A DNA stretch of 33,519 nt, taken from the NCBI RefSeq assembly GCF_001194135.2, contig NC_068984.1, positions 48,552,254 to 48,585,772 on the forward strand. The letters are read 5' to 3'. A program made the translations under genes and the position numbers. The notes under the pieces were generated by a model, which worked only from the letters and a program-made list of their open reading frames with translations, was not told where the DNA came from and did not search any database. This DNA comes from Octopus bimaculoides. Lineage: Eukaryota. Below, piece by piece: positions 1 through 11,919 of this stretch (positions within the stretch are counted from its first letter, which is position 1; every line of letters begins with the position of its first letter).

Positions 1-49
<49 letters not shown>

Positions 50-399
50 CACATACATATGAACTCACACACGTATTAACAGATTCATATTTATAAAGCT
101 TTCAGATATGTTTCAATTTCTAAATTACACAGGTTGACATATGATAAATATAGTCAAATGTATGTGTGTGCGTGTCTCCATATGTATCTTCTGCTGTGAG
201 AATTAGAACATTTCCATTTAATCTACATATCTTGTTTCCTCTGTTTTTTTCTCACCATATATGTCTCTTATTCTCATGCCTGTGTCTAAGTCTGTTATTT
301 TGTTCGGGTGCGTGTGCGTTACGTGTATATTTCTATGCATATGTATATATTGAGGTGGAGATACATACATATGTGCAAAGGAATATGTTCCTGTATATC

Positions 400-438
<39 letters not shown>

Positions 439-486
439 TATATATATNNNNNNNNNNNNNNNNNNNNNNNNNNNNNNNNNNNNNNN

Positions 487-525
<39 letters not shown>

Positions 526-560
526 ATATATATATATATATATACATATATGCATACATA
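1..560. repeat. (AT)n/(AC)n microsatellite clusters, with a small N gap at 448-486
   Basis: Pure (AT)n at 1-45 and 407-447, and about 487-545; overlapping ORFs translate as YIYIYI. Confidence 0.95.
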
Positions 561-2469
561 AATATATATATACATATATACATACATGCATCCACACACA
601 CACAAGTACACTTACGATTGTATGTTTGTGCGCATACATATGTATAGATATAGATGTGAAACAATAGATTTATGCTCAGTTTATATCGAAAACAAAGGTA
701 AATGAAATATTTCTCAGTTCACAAAACAGCTGCTTTCGTGCAAGCTTGCACTCATGAGGGATGCGTACGCTTTGTAGTAAATTGTCAGCCCTTCTGCTGC
801 AAACCTGATATGAAGAAGTATAAGAGACAGCGAATCTCGACTACAGAAGTGTAAATATTCACATATTGTTCTAAAACGTGTAATATAAAGAGAATATAAA
901 TGACGTTCTCGACCGCCAGATAACTTTAATGTACAATGACATGAGTTTAATTTCAATATGTCATTTGTATTTCTTCATATCGCAATCTGTAACACTCCAG
1001 CGATATACTAACGTAAGATTTCATGCCTGATGATGCTTAAAACAATACTATACACTTTACAAGATGCGCTATTATGAAATACAGCTGTGGATGAATTCTG
1101 TCGGAGTTCTTATTAGTAGGTGATTTTGTTTGATGCTTGTGAAATTGATGATGTTTTTATAGTAGTGATCCTCAATCAATAGCAGCTGAACTTAAAAATT
1201 CCTAGTACAAGATGTATGTTAAATGGCAAACTTTATTCATCAATGGCAGTCCATGAGCATTTCATGATGCCTTTCTATAAATGTGATTGTCAACTGTCGA
1301 TTTATTAGTGAAACCTCCCTTATATGTTCGTCTTCTCAGCTTGCTTGTTTCAACTGCAAGTATAAAGGTAAAATTTCCACGTGTTACGTTTAACGATATC
1401 CGTGTATTTCAATAGGTGAATACGTTGCTTTTCCTTATGGTTGTGGATATATGAATGATATTTTGTCTTGATTAACTCGTATATTCAGGTTTTTAAACAT
1501 GTACAAACTTCAGAGGCTTTGCTGCACCAGCATTTCTGTCATGCTAATGAGCTTGAATGTTGAGGGTACGTCTGAACTTGTCCTTGGATGTGATCATCAA
1601 CATCTGCTTCAATCTTGTTTTTATGAATGCATGCAACTTTTCGTCAATGCATTTGATTCGAAATTAGAATGCGTAATACTATTCTTCACTAGAGCGAAAA
1701 TACTTCACAGGATCAACACATCTATTTTAACGAAAGATTTTGTATTGAGCAGTTGTATTGCATTGAAATGGTTTCTTATATAGATGTGCTTTCATGTATT
1801 TCATAATATAGTGCATGGCCCTTTTTCTTGTTGTAAGACCATTGTGACTTACAACCAATTGGCCATATAAGAACGATGCGAATTCATCGTTCCTTTACGG
1901 CCAATATATCTGCTAAATTCGGGAAGTTTGCACATTCTACATTTGTAATTAGATTTGCAAACCACACTGGATCCATTTGTTCATGGGATTGAACGCTTGT
2001 AGCATGTTATTGATTAGGATGTTAATTTTAGTCTCTTCACAAAATATTATTTCTATCAAACTTGGCTGGTTGCAGTTGTTTCATATAATTTTGTGACGAT
2101 GTGCTTATTTCCCCTATTGTAAGTGTACTAGTGTGCAGTCAATTTATGTGTCGTTTGTGTATATTTAATAGCTATAGTGTCCGAGGCATTTTAATAGCTA
2201 TAGTGTCTAATGCGTATATTCTGTTATATGGATTCATCTACCAGATTGTTTGTAAACCTGTTGTAGATAAGCATTTGTTCCGTTGATAGATTTCTTTGTG
2301 TAGAGCTTCGTTTCTAGAGTAGAATCTTGTTGTTTCACTAAGCAGTGATTGTGAAGTTATCTAATATTTTTGATTATTCCATACAAATGTTTGTAAACAC
2401 TTTCAAATTATATCACCTATTGCCAGTAAACTGTAACTCAGCTAGGGCACATACAGTTTCTTGCACATG

Positions 2470-2570
2470 GACGCATGGATGTATATCTAAATACTTCCCT
2501 TTGCAATCACGTGGTTTCGGGTTCAGTCCACTGCAAAGCACCTTGGTTAAGTGCCTTCTACTATTGCCCA
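2470..2570 (+). mobile_element. Degenerate tRNA-derived SINE, family B (CORE-like), head and core fragment
   Basis: CACGTGGTTTCGGGTTCAGTCCACTGCAAAGCACCTTGGTTAAGTGCCTTCTACTATTGCC has a B-box-like GGGTTCAGTCC and matches the head of the minus-strand copy at 11754-11899. Confidence 0.65.
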
Positions 2571-2629
2571 GGGGGGGGGAGAATCAATACTTAATAAATG
2601 GGTTTAAGAGGTGAAAACCACTCGTATGT

Positions 2630-3310
<681 letters not shown>

Positions 3311-3434
3311 AAATATGAATGAGAAGTAATCCGAGGGATATAAATAATATCGAACACACATACACAAATATGTGCTTTGCATGTTCGTGGGCAAGCTGCG
3401 ATTTATAAGTGTAAGAGAATATATTTCACCATTT

Positions 3435-3615
3435 CGCCTAGAAGTTATAGACGAGTGAGATAATTCGCATCAGATCTCGTTATCCATGTTTCGTCATTTT
3501 TGTGACTTTCGAGTACTCTGTATTGACCAGTTACATATATGGCGAAACATTGATGTCTACTGCTCCTGAACGAGACTGGATGTGAGTTATCTCGCTCGTC
3601 TATGACTTCCAGGTG
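3435..3615. mobile_element. MITE-like element with 47-bp imperfect terminal inverted repeats
   Basis: 3435-3481 CGCCTAGAAGTTATAGACGAGTGAGATAATTCGCATCAGATCTCGTT is the reverse complement, with about 9 mismatches, of 3569-3615 AACGAGACTGGATGTGAGTTATCTCGCTCGTCTATGACTTCCAGGTG. Confidence 0.65.
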
Positions 3616-4933
3616 TTTTAATATCAGGTGAAATGATGAGGAAATACGCCTAGATATCACAGCCTACCCACGAATTGACAAAACACATACCTTGCGTCTG
3701 TGTGTTCGATATTGTTCATATATATATATATATATATATCCTTATAATTATTTTTCCAAGCAATTGTGTTTATAAATCTAAAACATGGCTAATAATGTCA
3801 AATAATCGGAGGCCGTTAAATCCAAATAGAATTTACATCTCCGGTAATATTCCCAATGCAATAAATAAATCCGAAGTTCACTTGCGATAATTTCGAAAAA
3901 TCCCAGAGTATATTAGACAGACAGTAATAAGAATGAAGAATAACACATCATTTATACAGAACTACAGCATACTGTTTATGAAATCAAGAATCTAATGATA
4001 ACTGAGAATTTTGGAAAACTAGAGAGAAATCGCTGAGATCAAGGCGAGGGAAAACAGAGTGATAGAAAGCGCGAATGAAATGGTATATGCAAAGAAAAGT
4101 CAGTTTGATATTTAAGCTTAAAATGACCTCAGTGGAAAGCGAGGAAATAAATAGGTAAAAGCACAAATTGTCGACCTCACTACAAGTTCGTTGCTGACAA
4201 TTTAGACCTTGTAAAAATATACTTGAAAAAACACTAAAACTAGGAAATTTGAATAAGGCAATATTTTAAAATTAGATACAAAATGATATGATGATTCAAG
4301 AAATTAAATTGCATATGTCTCAAAAGCAGTAAATGAATATATTCCTAAACAATAATGATGAGTACAAATTCATTAATATAAAGTTTAACATCTGGGTTTA
4401 GAGAAGTGGAAGGGAGGCTTCAAGGACGAAAAATAACAATAATGGGCAGATGTAAAACGTAATGGAATCTATTAATTTAATTTTGACGTAAGTTTATATT
4501 TGTCAAATTCTGGAACTAATCTATCGATGAAATTCTCTCAGACGTAGAGAAAAACCCCTACAAATATTTAACTAGTGAATTGCTTCCTTAATGCTAAGTT
4601 ATCTTTTAATTAAATGTGGGTTCATTTCAGCCCCTATTTTCTTTTATTTTTCATTACCGACCCTCGTTTCTTTTTGGATTTTTGTCCTTGAATTCCAAAA
4701 CCAGATCTTAGCCTTTTATTAATGATTTTGCACTCCTTTTATTTCTATATAGGAACATGTCAATTTTCTTCCTGTGAGATATAGCCAGTTTTACTTTCTT
4801 GAATCATCGTATCATTTTGAATCGCATTTAAAAATATTGTCTCATACAGCTGTACTCATTTCAATGATGTCTTAAATTTATTTTTAGCTGACCTGAATTG
4901 CCAGCTACTTACATGTAATAATGTAGTCTTTTG

Positions 4934-4935
<2 letters not shown>

Positions 4936-4985
<50 letters not shown>

Positions 4986-4997
4986 AACACACACACA
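4936..4997. repeat. (CT)n followed by (AC)n microsatellite
   Basis: Directly visible. Confidence 0.95.
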
Positions 4998-5159
4998 TTT
5001 AGTCATTTATTTTTTATTTAATGTCCACTTAGATTATTCTAAGTTTAAATACTATCTTACTTTTCTGTCCCTCTGCATTCTTTCTCCTTCATTTAAGTGT
5101 TTACCTCAGTATTTTTTACATCAATATATGCAGTTCTGTTTTGATTCACACTTTTGTGG

Positions 5160-5410
5160 GCTGCCATAGTAACAAAGCTAAAACACACAAAGTAAAGCTG
5201 CTAGGTACAGAATTACCTTGAACTCGACTATGCATGGGCACTAAGTTTTAAGGTTCTAGCTCACCTCCAGTTTACAGCAGTACTTGAAAGGAAGGTGTGT
5301 AGCGTGTGAACGTCACATTGACCATGACAGAGAAAGTTGAACAGAGAATCTTCAACAAATTTTGCCAAAAGCTTGGCTATACCTGCTCAGAGCCCACGCA
5401 AAGTTTTCAA
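5160..5410 (+). mobile_element. Mariner (Tc1/mariner) element, 5' portion with start of transposase
   Basis: ATG at 5324 gives MTEKVEQRIFNKFCQKLGYTCSE, the typical mariner N-terminal HTH start (EQRxCIKFCxKLG). The upstream region is homologous to the minus-strand copy at 5740-5966. Confidence 0.8.
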
Positions 5411-5414
5411 AAAG

Positions 5415-5966
5415 TCTTTTTGGTCAGTTGAAAACAATTTTGGCAAACATGCGTCGGCAAACACGCGACTCATACCCAAATTTTCAGTCATAATGAACTG
5501 AACTGAACTGTAACTAATACGCACATCCTCTCATGGATGGTGATTCGACGACTTTCCCTCAAAGCTGCACGCACATCTGCGATGTTTTTCTCAGTTATGT
5601 TGGTTGCGTGTATCCCAGAACGTTTCTCAATATCGACATTTTTCGGCCAAGTTGGAAACGTCTGAAACACTCGTACACTTGTGTGCAGTTCATACACTCC
5701 TTTCCATATACTTTCTGTAACTTTGCGTCGGCCTCTGAGAAAATATCGCCATGACAACTTTCTCTGTTATGGTCAATGCGACGATCACATGCTACAGACC
5801 TTCATTTCAAGCAATGCTGTAAACAGTGGAAGTGATCTAGAACGTAAAAACTTCGCGTGCATGTACGGCAGCGTTCAGGGTCAAAATTTGCCACGCGGCG
5901 TTATTCTGCGTACTTGAGATTCCTTACTATGCCAAAAGTTCGGATACTTATTGATCAGACCTCGTA
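5415..5966 (-). mobile_element. Mariner element, 5' half with TIR and transposase pseudogene (HTH region)
   Basis: The minus strand begins TACGAGGTCTGATCAATAAGTATCCG (TIR with TA at 5965-5966). It translates DAKLQKVYGKECMNCTQVYECFRRFQLGRKNVDIEKRSG...NIADVRAALRESRRITIHE, then in a shifted frame SYSSVQFIMTENLGMSRV, which matches the mariner paired HTH. Confidence 0.85.
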
Positions 5967-6149
5967 CCTACATATATATCTTTGCTTGTGTGTGCGCGTG
6001 TGCCTGCGCGTATGTGTGCATGTATGTGTGTGTGTGTGTTTGTGTGTGTGTGAGCGTGTGTTTATTAAAGGACGAAGGGACTAGGATATCACACAATGGG
6101 TTATCAAATATTTCACCAGTTTTTTAACGTAGAAGTTGCAAAACCATTA

Positions 6150-6209
6150 TGAAAAGAATAGCTTTGTTTCTATGGCAACAGTCCGGATACTTATTGATCA
6201 GACCTCGTA
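6150..6209. mobile_element. Second mariner TIR of the same family
   Basis: CGGATACTTATTGATCAGACCTCGTA is identical to 5941-5966. The adjacent sequence (reverse complement TGTTGCCATAGAAACAAAGCTA) matches 5160-5180. Confidence 0.8.
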
Positions 6210-6295
6210 TGTTGTACCAGAAATGCGTGTGGTTTTTGAATGATCTAATCCTGTATAAAATATACTATTCTTCATTCTTGCTGTTTTTCTCTCTC

Positions 6296-6310
6296 CTTTC
6301 TCTCTCTCTC

Positions 6311-6407
<97 letters not shown>

Positions 6408-6708
6408 TATATATATATATGTATATATATATATGTATGTGCATGTGTGTGTGCTTGTGCGCGTGGGTGTGGTGTGTCTGTTTGTGTGTGTGTATGCATT
6501 TAAATACCCTAAAATAAGGTCTATTCTTAGAGCAGCAATCAATGAATGCCGGATATCTTCTGTTCGACCGTCACTTCGAAATCCCGAAATCTAATGTGGA
6601 TTAATTAAGTGGCCTTTACTCAAAATAATACTCAGCATATGTGTATTAAAATTTTATTTTAAAACAACCGTTAATAGGTTCGCGCTCATACACCAACGCA
6701 TGGGCACA

Positions 6709-6759
<51 letters not shown>

Positions 6760-6792
6760 CACACACATATACACGCACTCACGCAAAAATCC

Positions 6793-6831
<39 letters not shown>

Positions 6832-7157
6832 TTTATGTTTTTGACAGCAAGTTTATATCGGAATATCTCTGTATTAGTGATCTATCAGATAAAAATAGGT
6901 TGTATTTTTATAGTAGTTAATATGTTATAAAGCAGCTGTCAGTTCTGACTGTTAATTCCAGACAGACAAAATCAATAACAAATAAACGACGAAATGTGTG
7001 GGTCATGGTGTAGCTGTAGTGGCCATGTTCATGTGTAAATGTATAAGTGTACTTGATTGTGTATTCATTAGATTGAATACGCACTTACATATATACATAT
7101 ATACTTGTGTAATAAACATTCTTACAAAGATATTTGTGTGCCTGTGTATGTGTGTGT

Positions 7158-7206
<49 letters not shown>

Positions 7207-7273
7207 AATAAAATGAAAATTAGTATGTACACACATATACATATACGCAGTCACACATAGATAGATAGACAGT

Positions 7274-7335
<62 letters not shown>

Positions 7336-7374
7336 CATACATACATACATACATATATATATACATATAGACAA

Positions 7375-7449
<75 letters not shown>

Positions 7450-7767
7450 TCTCAAGATAATATTATACATATAATTATATCGGAAACGAAATAGTAAGAG
7501 TATTAGAGTCAATTGTTTAATCTTGGTATAAATGTACATTGCTCTGCTCAGGAAGTCATTGATTTGCAGCATTTTTTGATTGCATAATGAATGAAATATA
7601 GATAGGATACCGAGCAGGAGTCAAAGAGCAGTTTCGCCAAAAATTCATGAACTACGCTCTGATCCTCTCTCTTTCTCTCTTCCTCCCCCTCTCTCTCTCT
7701 CTCTCTCTTTCTTTCCATTCTTCTTTCTCTCACTCTTCGCACGCACACACGCGCGCACACACAGGCA

Positions 7768-7830
<63 letters not shown>
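6296..7830. repeat. Dense microsatellite region: (CT)n, (AT)n, (GT)n, (AC)n, (ATAG)n
   Basis: Arrays at about 6296-6500, 6700-6830, 7135-7200, 7258-7448 and 7660-7830. Confidence 0.9.
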
Positions 7831-7835
<5 letters not shown>

Positions 7836-7840
7836 AGATA

Positions 7841-8073
7841 TACAGTAATCACTCGACTATCGCAGGTTTTACGTTCCAAAACCAAAAGCGATAGGTGAAA
7901 ATCCGCGAAGTAGAAACAGTACTGTGCTGTATATATATTTTTTAAATTATTGAATATAATTTCTATATATTTGTTCTATTATAAAAGCAAAACAACACCA
8001 CGGAGAATTCGACGTAAGCTTAAATAATAAATTGCTATAGGTGAATCGCGAAATGGCGAAGGATTTCTGTGTA
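7841..8073. mobile_element. Tigger/pogo-like MITE
   Basis: Starts TACAGTAATCACTCGACTATCGC (TA plus CAGTA.., Tigger-type TIR) and ends with the degenerate complement GCGAAATGGCGAAGGATTTCTGTGTA. Confidence 0.65.
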
Positions 8074-8081
8074 TCTGTCTG

Positions 8082-8112
<31 letters not shown>

Positions 8113-8643
8113 CTCTATCATCATGGACGGACGGTAGACACATCGACTCCCATGTAAGTTGCATTTTTCACTTCTTAAAAGACCTATTTTGTTTTTAAAT
8201 TTTGTATCAGTTGTGTATAACACAAAATACTCCGTGAACATATATTTTTCAAATCGGAAATAGCTCTATTTAGAGCCTTATTTCCAAAAATTCAAAAAAC
8301 ATCTTCCTCGATCCTAGTCATATGCTGTAAAGCAAATATGGCTATGGTNNNNNNNNNNNNNNNNNNNNNNNNNNNNNNNNNNNNNNNNNNNNNNNNNNNN
8401 NNNNNNNNNNNNNNNNNNNNNNNNNNNNNNNNNNNNNNNNNNNNNNNNNNNNNNNNNNNNNNNNNNNNNNNNNNNNNNNNNNNNNNNNNNNNNNNNNNNN
8501 NNNNNNNNNNNNNNNNNNNNNNNNNNNNNNNNNNNNNNNNNNNNNNNNNNNNNNNNNNNNNNNNNNNNNNNNNNNNNNNNNNNNNNNNNNNNNNNNNNNN
8601 NNNNNNNNNNNNNNNNNNNNNNNNNNNNNNNNNNNNNNNNNNN

Positions 8644-9270
8644 ACTGATACCACCACTACCGCCGCCACCACCACCACAACAAACACGAACTTTGCCGAG
8701 GCTTTGAAGCCCAGAAAAAGAATATTGAATATATCGAAAGAGAAATTACTCGCATGCAAAAGCATGCTAAGTAAAAAGGACGTTACAGTCCATCTTCAAA
8801 CACCTGCGGACTTTAAAATAAACATAGAAAAAAAAACTATCTACAGAACCATAAATATAAAGACAAAGACTCCGGAAAAATTCACTCAAGAATAGGTTGA
8901 GAAGTGCCTAAGGCTGCTATGGTCTTATAAAACTTATATAACGAGAGGAACGAGGTTCGCAACAATAGAGGTAAGACTCCACAGCGAGCAGCGAGCCAAG
9001 GACCTCTCCACAAAGTCATTACAACACGAGAACCTGCTCATGATCCCCACGTACCTTGGTCGTAGGGTTACGAAGATAAAGATTTCGAATGTGCCTCCTG
9101 AGCTTGTGGAAGAATGGCTCGTATCTGCCATATGTCTCGGCATAGAGGAGGAAATAAACATTTTAGAAGCATCTGCCGTGTACAATGAAAACTGGATTGG
9201 CCAGGAATTTCAACTCCTGGTACAAGTTGATCCAGCAAATTATGACAAAATTCCATCAAAAGGTGTATAA
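8644..9270 (+). pseudogene. ORF1 (gag/RRM-like) of a non-LTR retrotransposon, with one in-frame stop; 5' end lost in N gap
   Basis: ORFs 8338-8895 and 9040-9270 share a frame, separated only by TAG at 8893-8895. The continuous frame reads ...KTKTPEKFTQE*VEKCLRLLWSYKTYITRGTRFATIEVRLHSEQRAKDLSTKSLQHENLLMIPTYLGRRVTKIKISNVPPELVEEWLVSAI. The xIxNVPPE pattern resembles LINE ORF1 RRM regions. Clade assignment is uncertain. Confidence 0.55.
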
Positions 9271-9310
9271 ACAACATGCAGGTGTGTTAGTTTGACTCTC
9301 GGGAATGTGA

Positions 9311-9349
9311 GAAAGTCTTGTTTCGAGCTTACGCTCTTCAACAGAAAGG

Positions 9350-9350
<1 letters not shown>
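9311..9350 (-). ncRNA. Degenerate type I hammerhead-ribozyme-like motif
   Basis: Minus strand reads CTTT-CTGTTGA-A-GAGC-GTAA-GCTC-GAAAC-AAGAC. Stem II is a perfect 4 bp with a GNRA loop; the core has A6>U and the GUH segment is missing. Confidence 0.55.
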
Positions 9351-9388
<38 letters not shown>

Positions 9389-10499
9389 CCCTCTGATTTC
9401 ATCTTCCCACTGTTATACTCCTTAATCCATTTNNNNNNNNNNATCTTCCCACTGTTATACTCCTTAATCCATTTTCATCTCCCTTTTATCTCTTAATCTC
9501 TTGCTTACTCCCCCCCTTGTACCTTGTTTCTCTCTCTCCCTCTCACTCAGTGATCCCTCCTTCGCATTATTTGATCCCTCTGATTTCTTTCCCCTCTCTC
9601 CTATTCCTTAGTCCCTCTGCCTTCTTCAACGCCTCCCCTCCTCTACCACGTGATCACTGCCCGATTCATCCATTGTCGTTCTTTTTCGGCTGACCGCCTT
9701 TGGGATTAGTCGCATCTGTTCTCTTCTGTCTCACTACCCGGTCAGTTATGACTTTTTTCATTTCCTTTTCCCTTGCATTAGCTTACTATACTGTCTCACA
9801 GTAGAATGACTCTGTTTTAATTTATTTTTCTCGTGTAGCCGAGAAGCTTTTGCCCATTGTATATGTATAATTCTATTTCTTATGTTACGTTTATCCGATA
9901 GTCGAAATACCCTCTTTGTTTGTTATTTCCTTGTGTTTCTATATGTACATTCGTTTGTTTTGGTCAAGGGCTTAATGCCTTCACCTTAAGGACTTGGCGC
10001 AACTGTTTTCGAGTAGTATCGGAGAGGATTGGGCGAAACTACAGGGACATTCCAAACCCCGACTGAAGAAGCAATTAGCTAATGATCCATGTATCTTGCT
10101 TGCCGTAGTTGTGCTATCGTCCCTTTCCTGCTTCTTATGTTTTAACGATTTCCGTTTGTTGCATTTTTTACTTTATATATATATATATATATATATATNN
10201 NNNNNNNNNNNNNNNNNNNNNNNNNNNNNNNNNNNNNNNNNNNNNNNNNNNNNNNNNNNNNNNNNNNNNNNNNNNNNNNNNNNNNNNNNNNNNNNNNNNN
10301 NNNNNNNNNNNNNNNNNNNNNNNNNNNNNNNNNNNNNNNNNNNNNNNNNNNNNNNNNNNNNNNNNNNNNNNNNNNNNNNNNNNNNNNNNNNNNNNNNNNN
10401 NNNNNNNNNNNNNNNNNNNNNNNNNNNNNNNNNNNNNNNNNNNNNNNNNNNNNNNNNNNNNNNNNNNNNNNNNNNNNNNNNNNNNNNNNNNTAGGTGAG

Positions 10500-10575
10500 T
10501 ATCTTCTACTAGAAACTCGGGCCGACCAAAACCTTGTGAGTGGTTTTAGTAGACGGAAACTGAAAGAAGCCTATT
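10500..10575 (+). mobile_element. SINE family B core fragment (head lost in N gap)
   Basis: TCTTCTACTAGAAACTCGGGCCGACCAAAACCTTGTGAGTGGTTTTAGTAGACGGAAACTGAAAGAAGCC is homologous to the reverse complement of 11754-11830. Confidence 0.75.
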
Positions 10576-10600
10576 ATATGTATATATATATATATATATA

Positions 10601-11473
10601 AAAACAAATGGTAAATGAGTATATGCATATATACGTACAGGTATGTGCATACCGACATCCACCTGTATGTATAGGTGCATATCTGGGTACAGGACATTGC
10701 AAACAAAACGTAAACTAAAAAACACACAAGCCACATAGAAAACATTCGACTTCATCAGCTACGCACGTTTTAACACCGGCGTTTCGACGAGCTTGGGCAG
10801 GACGCATCGTTAAAACGGCTCATCCCATGGACCGCAGATTAAATTTGCATACGCAAATTAAATCTTTCCATGGAGGAATGTAGTGGCGGACAAAAAAAAA
10901 CAAGACAAGAAAAAAAACAGAAAAGGCTTTACGGCCAGACAAGAAAAAATATGTGTGTATGAACGCTGTGAGGCACGAACTTGAAAGTAGGGACGAAGTG
11001 AGTTCGCGTGTTTGCTCGGCGATAGCCAAGGAAGAAAAGGGTTATTGACCGGAAGCATGTGACCATGCCGGTGTAAGGGGAAGAGAGAGAGTGGTAGAGG
11101 GAGAAACAAAGGGAGGAAGTAGAAGAATAGGTGAGCAACGAGAGGAAAAGAGAAGAGAGGAAGTACGAGGGGGAAAAAAGAGATACGTAGTAGTAACAGA
11201 GGAAGAACGAGAGGGGTAAAGCGAGATACGTAGTAGTAAAGAGGAAGAACGAGAGGGGGAAAAAGATAGAGGAAGAGAAAGAGAAAGAGATAGAGTAGCG
11301 TCGGAAGATATAAGTTTACGAAAACTACTTAGAATTGGAGACGCTGCGTTCAAGTCATGTAAAAACAAATAGTAAATGAGTATATGCATATATACGTACA
11401 GGTATGTGCATACCGACATCCACCTGTATGTATATGTGTATATCTGGGTACAGGACATTGCAAACAAAACGTA
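10601..11473 (-). mobile_element. Non-coding partial-tandem element with about 112-bp direct repeats and a degenerate hammerhead-like motif (Penelope-associated or retrozyme-like)
   Basis: 10601-10712 and 11362-11473 are near-identical direct repeats (period about 761 bp). The interior has a GA-rich tract and, at 10766-10817, an 8-bp inverted repeat (CGTTTTAA/TTAAAACG) enclosing GAAAC on the minus strand. Confidence 0.45.
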
Positions 11474-11703
11474 GACGTGCGGCCATGTTGGAGGACCGCT
11501 TTTAGTCGAACAAATTGCTCCCTTGGACTTATTCTTTGTAAGCCTAGTACGTATTCTATCGGCCACCTTTGCCGAACCGCTAACTTACGAGGACGTGGAC
11601 ACTAACATCGGTTGTCAAGCGATGGTGGGGTGAACAAACACAGACATGCAATTACACACACACACACACACACGCTCACGCACGCACACACACACACGCT
11701 TAC

Positions 11704-11742
<39 letters not shown>

Positions 11743-11899
11743 TATATATATAAGACGGGCTTCTTTCAATTTCCGTCTACCAAATCCACCCACAAGGTTT
11801 TAGTGGGTTCGAGGCTATAGTAAGGTGTCACTCCGTGGGTCTGAACCCGGAACCATGTCGTTGGTAAGCAAGCTACTTACGAAACAGCCACTCCCGCAC
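11474..11899 (-). mobile_element. Near full-length SINE family B (tRNA-like head, core, internal microsatellite, 3' tail)
   Basis: Minus strand: head GGTGCGGGAGTGGCTGTTTCGTAAGTAGCTTGCTTACCAACGACATGGTTCCGGGTTCAGACCC (A/B-box-like), core to 11754, (GT)n, then tail GTCTGTGTTTGTTCACCCCACCATCGCTTGACAACCGATG...CTAGGCTTACAAAGAATAAG...CATGGCCGCA. Confidence 0.8.
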
Positions 11900-11919
11900 C
11901 TATGTATGTATGTATATAT

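Noticed and set aside
166-667. Overlapping ORFs of 92-148 aa, and similar ones at 2.6-3.2, 6.1-6.5, 7.3-7.9, 14.6-14.9, 17.4-17.9, 26.1-27.0, 28.5-28.9 and 29.6-30.8 kb
   Set aside because: They are translations of microsatellites or N runs (YIYI, CVCV, poly-H/D/N/X), not genes.
1024-1045. CTGATGATGCTTAAAAC as a possible hammerhead core
   Set aside because: No stem II or properly placed GAAA. The same applies to CTGACGATGGTC on the minus strand at about 14630.
700-2100. Coding-looking unique sequence, possibly an ancient transposase on the minus strand
   Set aside because: Many stops in all frames and no motif I can assign; fragments such as HIQGQV and KPFQC are too short to be significant.
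8075-8348. Possible DINE-1/Helentron-like element after the (CTAT)n repeat
   Set aside because: No clear subterminal inverted repeats or hairpin identified, and it is cut by a gap.
9408-9473. Direct repeat of about 32 bp around a 10-N gap
   Set aside because: Identical sequence on both sides of a short gap is typical of unmerged contig overlap.
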